A stretch of DNA of 63,294 bases, the filler included. It is 3 parts of 3 records of this genome, joined end to end, with 100 filler letters (N's around TTAATTAATTAA, not from the genome) between each part and the next. Parts side by side here need not be neighbours in the genome. Positions count along the whole stretch, not along the records: positions 42,129 to 63,294 come from SRR2962707_1136; 2 more parts are not named here. The stretch is one strand, 5' to 3'. Within the stretch, counting starts at the first letter, position 1. Every line of letters starts with the position of its first letter. Made by a program: the position numbers and the translations under genes. This document shows, in pieces, positions 49,194 to 59,220 of the stretch. Under the pieces are notes generated by a model. That model saw only the letters and a program-made list of their open reading frames with translations. It was not told the origin of the DNA and searched no databases.

Positions 49194-50270
49194 ATGAGTC
49201 GGATTAAGCTGGAAGATATTTTATTTAAGCCACCTCGTGTGGTATGGCACCTGGTGTTCTGGGTGGTCTTCATTAGTTTCTTCTCCCTGGTATATGGGAG
49301 TTTCGATGAGAATTATGGGCGACAATACTTGATTCAGTTGACAGACGCGTATGTTCAGATACCAGCAGTCTATTTTACACTCTATTTTTTGATGCCCAGG
49401 TTTCTTTTCAAGGAACGCTATGCAGAATTTCTTCTCTATCTAATTCTGTTGATCTTGCTGTTTAGTGGACTAATGTGGATCAATTATATCTTTATTCAGG
49501 AACCTCTTTTCTGGCCGCAGGATAGCTATCAACAGCATTTGTTGAACTTTGGGAAGATGCTTAAGAATACCACCAAGATCTATCCCGTGTTGTTCCTTGC
49601 TATTGTTTTTAAATGGTTTAAATATTGGTATCGAGAGCAGAAATCGAATCAGTTATTGGTAGAGGAGAAACTTAAGGCGGAGTTGAATTTTTTGAAGGCT
49701 CAAGTACACCCACATTTTTTGTTCAATACACTCAATAATCTTTATGCGCTGACATTAAAGCAGTCTAAAGATGCACCTGAGGTGGTATTGAAGCTTTCTG
49801 ATCTCCTGAATTTCATGCTGTACGAGTGTAATGCGGATGAGATATTAATAGAGAAAGAGATTAAGCTGTTAAAGGATTACATCGCTCTGGAAAAAATTAG
49901 ATATGGTGACCGATTAAATATTTCTTTCAATGTCCTGGGACAATCGGCCGGCACTCAGCTGGCACCTCTAATGTTGTTGCCGTTTGTTGAGAATAGCTTT
50001 AAGCATGGTGTAAGTGAGGAGATGGATGAGGCCTGGGTGAGTATCGATTTAGAGCTGAAGTCGGATTCGATCACTTTGAAAGTGGAGAACAGCAAAAGCA
50101 AGAACGGTGATAGAGAGGACCAGTTTAACTATAAAAAGGGTATTGGCCTCAAAAATGTTCAGAGGAGACTGGAATTGATTTATCCTGAGAAACACCACTT
50201 GAATATGCATGATTCGGAAGATTCATTTCTTATTGTTTTGAAAATAGACCTGAAGCAGGATGCCGCTTAG
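49194..50270 (+). CDS. LytS-family sensor histidine kinase
   Basis: LKAQVHPHFLFNTLNN, YIALEKIRY, FVENSFKHG, GIGLKNV. Confidence 0.93.
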   Translation: MSRIKLEDILFKPPRVVWHLVFWVVFISFFSLVYGSFDENYGRQYLIQLTDAYVQIPAVYFTLYFLMPRFLFKERYAEFLLYLILLILLFSGLMWINYIFIQEPLFWPQDSYQQHLLNFGKMLKNTTKIYPVLFLAIVFKWFKYWYREQKSNQLLVEEKLKAELNFLKAQVHPHFLFNTLNNLYALTLKQSKDAPEVVLKLSDLLNFMLYECNADEILIEKEIKLLKDYIALEKIRYGDRLNISFNVLGQSAGTQLAPLMLLPFVENSFKHGVSEEMDEAWVSIDLELKSDSITLKVENSKSKNGDREDQFNYKKGIGLKNVQRRLELIYPEKHHLNMHDSEDSFLIVLKIDLKQDAA

Positions 50271-50973
50271 ATGCCTCATAGTAGACGATGAACCACTTGC
50301 CATTGAGGTGTTACAATCATATGTGGAGCGGGTGGATTCCCTGGAATTGGTTGCTACTTCCAGCAATGCAGTAAAGGCTTTTGACATTTTGAAGAATGAA
50401 AAAGTTGATCTTCTTTTTCTGGATATTCAGATGCCCAAGCTGACGGGTATTGAATTTCTAAAAATATTGAATCCGGCCCCAAAGGTCATCTTCACCACAG
50501 CCTATAGAGAATATGCGATAGAAAGCTACGAATTGAATGTGGTTGATTACTTACTGAAGCCCATTGCTTTCGATCGTTTTTTGATGGCTATTAATAAGGT
50601 GGTTGGTAATGAGACAGTGGAGGCGAATGCTAAGATGGTGGTGCAGCAGGAGGAGGATCCCTATTTATTTCTTAAGGCAGATAGAAAAATGGTTCGGGTC
50701 TTTTTGAAGGATATCACCTATATCGAAAGTCTGAAGGACTATGTACGAGTAAAGACGACCGATGGTAAGGAGATCGTCTCTCTACAAAAAATCAGCTATT
50801 TGGAGAACAAACTCCCATCTGATTGTTTTCTGCGAATTCATAAATCATATATCGTATCGCTGAAGAAGATTGAAGCATATTCTTCCACCGCAATAGAAGT
50901 GGCGGGAAAGGAAATTCCGATTGGAAGAAGTTATAAATCTGAGGTGATGAAGGTGTTTAAGGAGGATAATTAA
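50260..50973 (+). CDS. LytTR-family response regulator
   Basis: VDDEP, LDIQMP, DYLLKP, FLRIHKSYIV, IPIGRSY. Confidence 0.93.
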   Translation: MPLRCLIVDDEPLAIEVLQSYVERVDSLELVATSSNAVKAFDILKNEKVDLLFLDIQMPKLTGIEFLKILNPAPKVIFTTAYREYAIESYELNVVDYLLKPIAFDRFLMAINKVVGNETVEANAKMVVQQEEDPYLFLKADRKMVRVFLKDITYIESLKDYVRVKTTDGKEIVSLQKISYLENKLPSDCFLRIHKSYIVSLKKIEAYSSTAIEVAGKEIPIGRSYKSEVMKVFKEDN

Positions 50974-52370
50974 TTGTCAGATTTAAACTTCACCCTGACA
51001 CGTACCACATCTTCAATTGACTCCCCATTTTTTTCTGCCGAGTTCCATTTAGGGCCTGTTTGAATCAATCGAATAGCCTCCTGATCACACCCATATCCAA
51101 GGCTTTTCTTTACTTCAATATTTGAAATATCCCCTAAAGATGAGATTGTCATTTGAAGTACAACCGTTCCTTCAATGCCATTTTCAATGGCCGCTTCAGG
51201 GTATTGGAGGTTTTGTTCCAGGTATTCTTTGTAATCTTTATTTCCATTCACTGGTCTGGCTGGCTTATACGATGGACTCTGATCTGTGGTGGTTCCGTAA
51301 CCGGTTACCACTACTTCCTGAAGCTCAGTTGCACCACCCATGGTTACATCTAAGGTTGATCTGGTGCCAACCTTAAATTCCTGACTTTCGAAACCAACAT
51401 ATGAAAAGATGAGTGTCATGTCATTCAACTTTGGAAGCATATAATTTCCATCCAGGTCCGTTTGGGTACCTGTGGTAGTGCCCTTGATTAGCACACTTAC
51501 ACCTGGCAAACCTTCTCCCAAATCATCTGTGACTCGACCGGTCAACGTCATATTGGAGGCATCAGCAGATCTCTTGGGAATGCTGGATACACCTCGAATC
51601 GTGATGACAGAACGATCAAGGTCAGCATCCTGCTCGCTCATCCTTGCTTTGGAAGGCATTGCATTCGTTTGAGCGATTTTAATGGCTGCAGAATCGCTAA
51701 ATCCCTCGTTTTTTATTTGCACACCTGCAACGACCCCTTGCAATTGATTGCTAAGATCGGCATCTGCAAGCTCAACTTCACCAGACACTTCTGTCAGCTC
51801 TAAATCTGCTTTTTTAAGATCCAATTCCAAAAGTTCATCAGTATCCGAAGGGTTAACATTTTCTGCTATTACTTCGACTGGTTTATCGGCTTTTACCTCA
51901 GCTTTTTTTACTTCTTCAACAATCGCTGCTACGGTCTCAGTGTCATCTGTTAATTGCTCTTCTTCAAGGAAAGCCTCTTGTTGTTCATCCTCATTTTGAA
52001 TGGTAGGAATTGTATCGATGGGAGCAGACTGGGAAAGTTCTTCTGGGGTTTCTTTTTCCATTGCCAACTCCGGTTCTTCAGTGACTTCATTAAGTGAGAG
52101 GTATACCACCCAACTTGCCAGTAGGATGAAAGCTACTGATGCGGCTATCTTCAACCACGGGAAGCCAGAAGATTGTTTTTTCAAGATTCGCTGCTTCAGT
52201 ATAGGAAGGTCCTTTAAGGACTCTACGCCAGCACTCTCGAAACCTTCCAGTGCTTCCGTTGCAAAAGGATCATCAAGCACATCACGTTCGAATGCATGTG
52301 CTTCTTTTTGGCTCATTTTGCCATTCAGGTATCGTTCAAATGCTTCGATATGGTTTTTATCCTTTGACAT
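50970..52370 (-). CDS. Anti-sigma-like membrane protein with CarboxypepD_reg domain and C-terminal TonB_C domain
   Basis: ERYLNGKMS..E...FER..L.DPF..EALEG; TM W.KIAAS; GVSVLIKGT...FSYVGF; YPEAA..GIEGTV...LGYGCD.EAIR. Confidence 0.8.
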   Translation of the reverse strand: MSKDKNHIEAFERYLNGKMSQKEAHAFERDVLDDPFATEALEGFESAGVESLKDLPILKQRILKKQSSGFPWLKIAASVAFILLASWVVYLSLNEVTEEPELAMEKETPEELSQSAPIDTIPTIQNEDEQQEAFLEEEQLTDDTETVAAIVEEVKKAEVKADKPVEVIAENVNPSDTDELLELDLKKADLELTEVSGEVELADADLSNQLQGVVAGVQIKNEGFSDSAAIKIAQTNAMPSKARMSEQDADLDRSVITIRGVSSIPKRSADASNMTLTGRVTDDLGEGLPGVSVLIKGTTTGTQTDLDGNYMLPKLNDMTLIFSYVGFESQEFKVGTRSTLDVTMGGATELQEVVVTGYGTTTDQSPSYKPARPVNGNKDYKEYLEQNLQYPEAAIENGIEGTVVLQMTISSLGDISNIEVKKSLGYGCDQEAIRLIQTGPKWNSAEKNGESIEDVVRVRVKFKSDN

Positions 52371-52881
52371 TCTTGCTTTCCATGCAAATTTTCAAATTTC
52401 GTTTTCCGTTTTGTATATGGCTTTTCACTTTTTTCAATTCAAGTCCCGTATTCTCAGTGATCTGCTGATAGCTATTACTTTCAATGAAAAAAAGCTTCAC
52501 ACAGTCTTTCTGCTCATCTTTCAACTCTTCGATGCATTCATCCAGGGCGTCCAGATCATCTTCCAATGCTATTTTCTCTTCTTTAAGATGCACAGCATCA
52601 GGAGATTCCATAAAAATTTCAGAGTTTATCTCCGGTTTCTTTTTACGCAAGATCATCAGGCAATGATTCTTGCCTACCATGTACAGCCAACTTTTGAAAT
52701 GCTTGACTTCCATGTTTAACAGCTTGCTACTGACAGTCTCGTAAATATCCATCACTGCATCCTGACTAGCATCCCGATCTTTCAGGTATTTGAGGCAGAG
52801 ACCGTACACCAGATGCATGTATTGGTTGAACAACTCACCAATGATTTGAGCATCACCACTTCGCCGGTATTCTACCAGCAA
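52357..52881 (-). CDS. ECF RNA polymerase sigma factor (start may extend to CTG 52920)
   Basis: LVYGLCLKY, DAV, FKSWLY...KNHC, SY..I......VKSHIQNGKRNL. Confidence 0.9.
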   Translation of the reverse strand: MLVEYRRSGDAQIIGELFNQYMHLVYGLCLKYLKDRDASQDAVMDIYETVSSKLLNMEVKHFKSWLYMVGKNHCLMILRKKKPEINSEIFMESPDAVHLKEEKIALEDDLDALDECIEELKDEQKDCVKLFFIESNSYQQITENTGLELKKVKSHIQNGKRNLKICMESKNVKG

Positions 52882-52992
52882 TTCTTCATCAGATTTTGAT
52901 ATGGATTTTGACGTGCTCAGAAAAAATTCAAAATAATTTATGGAATCCTAAAAGTAATCGCATCTCAATGACGAATCAAAAATGATAAAGAC

Positions 52993-54855
52993 ATGCGACA
53001 ACTTCTTATTCTTCTTACGATTGTTTTGTCATCTCTAGGAGGTGCCGGCAATGGATTTGCTCAATACGTCAACGGGACGGTAACCGATGAGATGGGAGCA
53101 GCGCTCCCGGGTGTAAATGTTTTGATTAAAGGAACTACGGATGGTGTTCAGACAGACCTCAATGGTTTTTATTCAATCAAAATTGTGGATGAAAAAACCG
53201 TTTTAATATTCTCATATGTAGGGTTTGAATCACAAGAGATCAAAGTAGGAAAGCGAAAGGTGATTGATGTGACCATGGGTGGGGTAGCTGAGTTGCAAGA
53301 AGTGGTTGTGGCGGCTTATGGAACTGCAAGAAAAATGAAAAAGGCTGATTATTCTATGGCTAGTGATCAACTTCAGGGCCGTGCAGCAGGGGTGATGATC
53401 AGAGGGCAGGCGTCTATTGCCTATGAGCAGGAGATGTATCACAATACGGAGGAGTATTCAACTATTCAGGAGAATGAGTTCAGAAAGGTGCTGGACAAAC
53501 CGCTATCTACTTTTTCTATTGACGTAGATGCAGCATCATATAGCAACATGCGAAGGTTTATAATGAATGGCCAGCTTCCTCCAAAAGATGCGGTCAGGAT
53601 CGAAGAAATGATCAACTATTTCAATTACGATTATAAAAATCCGGTTGGGAAGAATCCTTTTTCTATCAATACGGAGGTAGCTAGTGCGCCATGGAATGAA
53701 GACCATTTGATTGTTCAGGTAGGTTTGCAAGGAAAGAAAATTGATCTGGAAGATCTTCCTGCCTCCAACATTGTCTTCTTACTGGATGTCTCTGGCTCCA
53801 TGAGCTCACCAAACAAGCTTCCGCTGCTGAAATCGGCATTTAAGCTGCTGGCAAATGAGCTGCGCCCACAAGATAAAGTATCGATTGTGGTCTATGCGGG
53901 AGCTGCCGGAATGGTTTTGGAACCAACCGGTGGTGACAACAAAGAGAAGATCATGGATGCATTGGATCAATTGCAGGCTGGAGGATCAACTGCGGGAGGT
54001 GCAGGGATCAAATTGGCTTACCAACTGGCTAAGGAAAACTTTGTTGAAGGTGGCAATAATCGGGTGGTACTGGCAACTGATGGTGACTTCAATATTGGTG
54101 CATCGAGCAATGCTGAGATGGAGCGATTGATTGAAGAAAAGCGAAAGGACGGTGTATTTCTGACGGTTTTGGGATTTGGAATGGGTAACTATAAGGACTC
54201 AAAAATGGAAATCCTGGCAGATAAGGGTAATGGAAATTATGCCTATATCGACAACTTGAAAGAAGCGAAGAAAGTACTGGTAAATGAATTTGGTGGTACC
54301 ATGTTTACCATCGCCAAGGATGTAAAAATCCAGGTTGAATTCAATCCCAATGTAGTCCAGGCTTACCGATTGATTGGATACGAGAATCGCAAGCTGAATG
54401 ATGAAGACTTCAACGATGATAAGAAGGATGCCGGTGAGTTGGGAAGTGGGCATTCTGTGACAGCACTCTATGAAATCATCCCGGTGGGTATTGAGAGCAC
54501 ATTCGTAAAGGACATTGATCCATTGAAGTATCAATCAAATGATCAGAAAGTAACTAGTAATACCGATGAGCTATTGACGGTGAAATTCCGCTACAAAGAG
54601 CCCGAAGGATCAACCAGTAAGTTGATCTCTCAGGTGGTGGAAAATGAAGTAAGAAGATCAAGTGAAAACCTGGATTGGTCTATGGCAGTGGTCGGATTCG
54701 GCATGCTGTTGCGAGACTCAGATTTTAAAGGAGATCTTACTTTTTCACACGTGTTGAGATTGGCCAAATCTTCAAGAGGGGATGATGAGTTTGGTTATCG
54801 AAGGGAATTCATTGAGTTAGTTGAGTTAGCCCAGGGAATGAGTCCCGGGCAGTGA
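52993..54855 (+). CDS. VWA-domain protein (YfbK-like) with N-terminal CarboxypepD_reg
   Basis: STFSIDVD.ASY, RIEEMINYF, MIDAS DVSGS, LATDGDFN, TIAKDVKIQVEFNP, YRLIGYENR. Confidence 0.9.
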   Translation: MRQLLILLTIVLSSLGGAGNGFAQYVNGTVTDEMGAALPGVNVLIKGTTDGVQTDLNGFYSIKIVDEKTVLIFSYVGFESQEIKVGKRKVIDVTMGGVAELQEVVVAAYGTARKMKKADYSMASDQLQGRAAGVMIRGQASIAYEQEMYHNTEEYSTIQENEFRKVLDKPLSTFSIDVDAASYSNMRRFIMNGQLPPKDAVRIEEMINYFNYDYKNPVGKNPFSINTEVASAPWNEDHLIVQVGLQGKKIDLEDLPASNIVFLLDVSGSMSSPNKLPLLKSAFKLLANELRPQDKVSIVVYAGAAGMVLEPTGGDNKEKIMDALDQLQAGGSTAGGAGIKLAYQLAKENFVEGGNNRVVLATDGDFNIGASSNAEMERLIEEKRKDGVFLTVLGFGMGNYKDSKMEILADKGNGNYAYIDNLKEAKKVLVNEFGGTMFTIAKDVKIQVEFNPNVVQAYRLIGYENRKLNDEDFNDDKKDAGELGSGHSVTALYEIIPVGIESTFVKDIDPLKYQSNDQKVTSNTDELLTVKFRYKEPEGSTSKLISQVVENEVRRSSENLDWSMAVVGFGMLLRDSDFKGDLTFSHVLRLAKSSRGDDEFGYRREFIELVELAQGMSPGQ

Positions 54856-54865
54856 GTTTTGATTG

Positions 54866-54894
54866 AAGGCGGGGAATTATTCCTCGCCTTTTTT
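54866..54894 (+). terminator. Rho-independent terminator
   Basis: AAGGCGGGGAAT/ATTCCTCGCCTT stem followed by T-run. Confidence 0.8.
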
Positions 54895-54908
54895 GTTACT
54901 TTGACCTT

Positions 54909-55895
54909 ATGCAAAAAGTACAACTCGGAAAATCAGACTTACATATTTCACCCATCGTTTTTGGTGCCTGGGCCATAGGAGGCGCAGCATGGGGTGGCAA
55001 TGATGATCAGGAAGCATTGGAAGCTATCAAAGCAAGTTTCGATCAAGGCATTACATCCATTGATACTGCACCTGTTTACGGTTTTGGTCATAGTGAAAAG
55101 TTGGTTGGAAAAGCCATAAAGGAAATTGGCAGAGATAAACTAGAGATTCTGACCAAGTTTGGTTTCAACTGGAAGTTGGAAAAAGGTGAATATCAGTTTC
55201 CAACTACTGATGGAGGGAAGACCTATTCTTACGCCGGCAGAGATGGCATTATTCAGGAAGTAGAAGACAGCCTTCAACGGCTTGGAACTGATTACATTGA
55301 CCTTTATCAAATTCATCGACCTGATCCTACTACAGAGATTGAGGAGACTATGGCGGTGCTTAAGGAACTTCAGCAACAAGGTAAAATTCGGGCTATTGGA
55401 GTATCGAATCATACGGTTGAACTGATGAAAAGGGCCCAATCCATCATCATGCTTGCTTCTACGCAATCACCTTACAGTATGGTTTACAGAAAAATTGAGA
55501 AAGACATTATTCCTTTTTCGATAGAAGAAAATGTGGGCATACTCGCTTATAGCCCACTTCAGAGAGGATTACTCACCGGTAAAATAACTTCTGATTATGA
55601 ATTCAAAGGAGATGATCATAGGCCAAGCACAAAGTTTTTCAAGGAGCCTAACCGTTCCAGAACGAATGAATTCTTGCAAAAAATAAAACCCATTGCAGAT
55701 GAGCATGAGGTAACACTGGCCCAATTGGTGATTAACTGGACAATTCAAAGACCTGGAATCACTGCCGCTTTGGTTGGTGCCAGAAATGCAGAGCAGGCTA
55801 TTGAAAATGCCAAGGGAATGAGCTTTACGCTTTCAGAGAATGAAATTCAACAGATCAATACAGAATTAGAAAAAGTGGTGATTGAGGAGGTTTAA
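54909..55895 (+). CDS. Aldo/keto reductase
   Basis: DTAPVYGFG.SE, SLQRLGTDYIDLYQIH, IGVSN, YSPL. Confidence 0.92.
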   Translation: MQKVQLGKSDLHISPIVFGAWAIGGAAWGGNDDQEALEAIKASFDQGITSIDTAPVYGFGHSEKLVGKAIKEIGRDKLEILTKFGFNWKLEKGEYQFPTTDGGKTYSYAGRDGIIQEVEDSLQRLGTDYIDLYQIHRPDPTTEIEETMAVLKELQQQGKIRAIGVSNHTVELMKRAQSIIMLASTQSPYSMVYRKIEKDIIPFSIEENVGILAYSPLQRGLLTGKITSDYEFKGDDHRPSTKFFKEPNRSRTNEFLQKIKPIADEHEVTLAQLVINWTIQRPGITAALVGARNAEQAIENAKGMSFTLSENEIQQINTELEKVVIEEV

Positions 55896-56167
55896 TAACT
55901 AAGGGCTACATAAACGATGAATCCTGCAAGGAGTGCGGCTTCAACGGTATTCTGGATTCTTCTGGGTTGATTGATAATGAATTTTTTGCACAAATAACCG
56001 GTGATCCAACTGGCCAATAAGCCAACTACACCAATTAGAAAAAGACTAACCATTGCAAGAACACCCCAACCCTCATGGGCAATATCGTTGTAGAAAACAA
56101 TCGTCCAAAGGATCGTACCGATCAGATGTAGAATGGAAACAGCCGAAAGAATAGTTAGCTTTTTCAC
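55892..56167 (-). CDS. Small membrane hypothetical protein
   Basis: 91 aa, three hydrophobic segments. Confidence 0.55.
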   Translation of the reverse strand: MKKLTILSAVSILHLIGTILWTIVFYNDIAHEGWGVLAMVSLFLIGVVGLLASWITGYLCKKFIINQPRRIQNTVEAALLAGFIVYVALSY

Positions 56168-56184
56168 ATAGCCAAGTTAGCAAG

Positions 56185-56238
56185 TCATCATGAACGATAC
56201 GAGTCTATTTGCATGATTTATCGCATCGTCCATGATGA
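56185..56238. terminator. Imperfect inverted repeat downstream of the TonB receptor
   Basis: TCATCATGAACGATACGA ... TCGCATCGTCCATGATGA. Confidence 0.5.
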
Positions 56239-56247
56239 TTTTTGAAT

Positions 56248-58476
56248 TTAGAACCGGATATTCAAGGCCATCAGGAAGTTTCTTCCGGCTTGAGGATAAT
56301 AGTAATTTTCTCTTACCACATAATCTCCACCCGCATAGCCAAATGTGTATCCATTGGAGGAGTATTCGACATCCAACAGATTGTTGACTAACAAACTGAC
56401 ATTAATTTGTTCAACACTTTTCCATTCGAACGAGTAGCCCAGCCTCAGGTCATTGACAAAGTAGGCATCAATGCTTCGGTCATCATTGCTGGTGTTATCA
56501 AGATACTGTTTGCCTACGTATTTGCTTCGAAGCGAAATGTCGAATGATTTGATGGGAGCCCAGGTCAGTTGACTGCTTCCAATCACAGCAGGTGAAAAGG
56601 AAATGTCCGTATCACTGTATTCATTCTCTTCAATATTGAATTCATCAAAGTTGGTTCCGTAGTTGTAAATGATCTCGGTGAAGTCTTCGATTTTGTTCTT
56701 ACTTATCGTGATGTTGGCATCCCAGGTTAGCTTATCTGAAAATTTGTATGCACCCACTACCTCTATTCCCGTTCGGTAGCTGTTTGGCACATTCTGACGG
56801 ACACTGGTGCCCACATCGTTCAATTCACCGGTCAGCACTAATTGGTTTTTGTAGCTCATCAAATAATAATTAGCTGAAAAGCTGAAGTTCTCTCCAAACC
56901 TGCGATAGCCTGCCTCAAGATTTCTAAGCGTTTCATGTGCGGGTGTTTGACCAGCAGGAGCGTCAATGAAATCACTTCGTACGGGCTCACGATTTCCGAT
57001 TGCATAGGAGGCATATACATTCGATTTTTCATCTAACGTGTAGGTCAATCCAACTTTTGGGTTGAAGAAAGTGTAGTCTTCCTGAACATTAATCACTCTT
57101 CTGTCACTATCAATTCCCTCAGTATTGTAATCTATGGTTCGGATCTGGAGATCAGTGAAGAGGTTAATGTTGGAAGTAATTTGATAGTTGACCTTCAAGT
57201 AGCTGTTGAAATCAGTCTTTAAGCCAACATTGTCATAATACCTGTGCCGGATTGCACCATTGCTGGCATTTTGGGCCCAAATGATTTCACCGAAATGATC
57301 ACCATCGTATTTGTTCCATCCACCACCAAGCGTCAAGCCAAGCGCATCCGAATCATAATTCATTGAATAAGTAAGCCCATAGAAGTCATTGTCAAGCCAT
57401 CTCCTGCGGATCAGGTCTGTGCTGGTGATGGTTTCACTTCCAATCGTAACATTCTCCAATCCATAATCGACAAAATCATCATCATTTCTAAATTGCTCAA
57501 AATACCCTCTGCCATAGGTGTAGTGCCCTGATACATTCAAGGTAAGTGCGTTTCCAAGAGATTGGGAGAGGTGCAATTGGTAATGGTCTTGTTGATAGTG
57601 ATCCACCTCATTGTCATATAGATAGTAGTTGAAGGTTCGACCTGCATTTCGGATGTTTTCGGCTTGTTCATCGGTGTAACCATTGTTAGCAATCACCTCT
57701 TCAATACCTGCCGCATCATTTTCCAGTACTGCTTGAGGTGTACCCCACCAGCTTTGATAAGTCACTTCTTTCCCACCGAATACCAGTGCCTTGAGAATGG
57801 TCTTTTTACCATAATATCCTCCAGACAAAAAGTACGATTGAAGATCAGATGAAGCCCTGTCAATGTATCCATCAGATGCTACCTTGGATAGTCTGGATTC
57901 GAACGACCATTTGTTATTCAGCAGTCCGGTATTATAAATCAATGTATGCTTGCGGGTGTTGAATGACCCAAAGCTGTTGTTGACTTCAGCAAAAGAATCT
58001 TGTGAGGGTACATTGGTTTGCAAGTTTACGGTCGCACCAAAAGCAGCGGCTCCATTGGTGGATGTCCCAACCCCACGCTGGATCTGAATATTGTCTACGG
58101 ACGAGGCAAAATCAGGCATATTCACCCAAAACACACCATGCGATTCCGAATCATTGACGGGCACACCATTGATAGTAACATTGATGCGTGTTGCGTCACT
58201 GCCACGAATACGCAGACCGGTATAGCCAACCCCCGCACCCGCATCTGAGGTGGTCACCAAAGAGGGAGACAAATTCAGCAAAACCGGTAGATCCTGTCCA
58301 AGATTTACCTTTTCTAGTTTGTCTTTCGACACCTCCGAGAAGGTTGTTGGCGTTTTGTCATTGGCACGAGTGGCATAAACAATGACATCATCTAGTTCTT
58401 GTGTTTTCAGGCTGTCTTGCTGCCCAAAAGTGAGGTTTGCAACCAAACACATCGTTGCAATTGTTAAAAATTTCAT
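56248..58476 (-). CDS. TonB-dependent receptor, probably thiamine uptake
   Basis: SDAGAGVGYTG.RIRGSD.TRINVTING...ES.GVFWVNMPD; YYPQAG; directly under a TPP riboswitch. Confidence 0.88.
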   Translation of the reverse strand: MKFLTIATMCLVANLTFGQQDSLKTQELDDVIVYATRANDKTPTTFSEVSKDKLEKVNLGQDLPVLLNLSPSLVTTSDAGAGVGYTGLRIRGSDATRINVTINGVPVNDSESHGVFWVNMPDFASSVDNIQIQRGVGTSTNGAAAFGATVNLQTNVPSQDSFAEVNNSFGSFNTRKHTLIYNTGLLNNKWSFESRLSKVASDGYIDRASSDLQSYFLSGGYYGKKTILKALVFGGKEVTYQSWWGTPQAVLENDAAGIEEVIANNGYTDEQAENIRNAGRTFNYYLYDNEVDHYQQDHYQLHLSQSLGNALTLNVSGHYTYGRGYFEQFRNDDDFVDYGLENVTIGSETITSTDLIRRRWLDNDFYGLTYSMNYDSDALGLTLGGGWNKYDGDHFGEIIWAQNASNGAIRHRYYDNVGLKTDFNSYLKVNYQITSNINLFTDLQIRTIDYNTEGIDSDRRVINVQEDYTFFNPKVGLTYTLDEKSNVYASYAIGNREPVRSDFIDAPAGQTPAHETLRNLEAGYRRFGENFSFSANYYLMSYKNQLVLTGELNDVGTSVRQNVPNSYRTGIEVVGAYKFSDKLTWDANITISKNKIEDFTEIIYNYGTNFDEFNIEENEYSDTDISFSPAVIGSSQLTWAPIKSFDISLRSKYVGKQYLDNTSNDDRSIDAYFVNDLRLGYSFEWKSVEQINVSLLVNNLLDVEYSSNGYTFGYAGGDYVVRENYYYPQAGRNFLMALNIRF

Positions 58477-58562
58477 TTGTAAAACACTTTACAATTTAAC
58501 CATCGGAAAGTGGGGACTTTCCACTATTGGTTATCATACTTGGTTCGGACACAGGTCTTCAC

Positions 58563-58650
58563 CTTTTCCCTACGCCGGTATTATCCGGATCAGGTCAATG
58601 GGTATGATCTCAGCCCTAACTTCCACCGCAGGCGGTTGGGCACCCCTTTT
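58563..58650 (-). ncRNA. TPP (thi-box) riboswitch
   Basis: Minus strand GGGGTGC...GGGCTGAGATCATACCCATTGACCTGATCCGGATAATACCGGCGTAGGGAA. Confidence 0.95.
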
Positions 58651-58661
58651 GTTTGATGACA

Positions 58662-58669
58662 CAAATTTA
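58662..58669 (-). promoter_or_regulatory. Bacteroidota -7 promoter box
   Basis: TAAATTTG (TAnnTTTG) just upstream of the riboswitch. Confidence 0.6.
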
Positions 58670-58701
58670 CAACCGAAGAATGGGTTTAGGTAGCAAATGC
58701 A

Positions 58702-59220
58702 CTATGAATTGAAGTGAGCATCAATGGCATCTACCGCAGACTGCTTCCTTTCACCTTCAATCCCGGAGACAACTGCAAAAGGAAGCTGGTTGTTGGTCAG
58801 GTAATCCTTGTAAATCGTGAAAAAGTGCTTTCGCATAGTCGGATGTTCTCGTTGAGGATCAGGTGTCCAGGGAATATCTATGTTATTGAGCAGGTAGAAA
58901 TCGTAGGTACGTGCCGATATTTGTTCCTCAATCCAGGGATCGGTATTGCCGTATTTGTGATCGCTCCAAACTTTGATCACGATCAGGTTTGTATCGCAAA
59001 ACAGGTAGTTGTTGGCATACTCAGCTTTATCATCTTCCCAGATTAGCTGACCTTCGGCGATAGCTTTCAGGTCATGTTGTTCATAGTCCTGATCTAAACG
59101 ATCCAGATAGAAGCGGGCAAATTCGGGTACCCACTCTGTTTGATAGTGAGCCGCCAGATGCTGGCACAATTCACTTTTTCCGGTTGATTCCGGACCTACA
59201 ATGGCGATTCTTTTAAGCAT
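58702..59220 (-). CDS. NadR-like P-loop kinase (AAA_28)
   Basis: GPESTGKS, VPEFAR, FCDT, DIPW..DP.R; start MLKRIA at 59220. Confidence 0.88.
   Translation of the reverse strand: MLKRIAIVGPESTGKSELCQHLAAHYQTEWVPEFARFYLDRLDQDYEQHDLKAIAEGQLIWEDDKAEYANNYLFCDTNLIVIKVWSDHKYGNTDPWIEEQISARTYDFYLLNNIDIPWTPDPQREHPTMRKHFFTIYKDYLTNNQLPFAVVSGIEGERKQSAVDAIDAHFNS

Noticed and set aside
52000-52719. 239-aa plus-strand ORF
   Set aside because: Antisense to the sigma and anti-sigma genes; low-complexity translation
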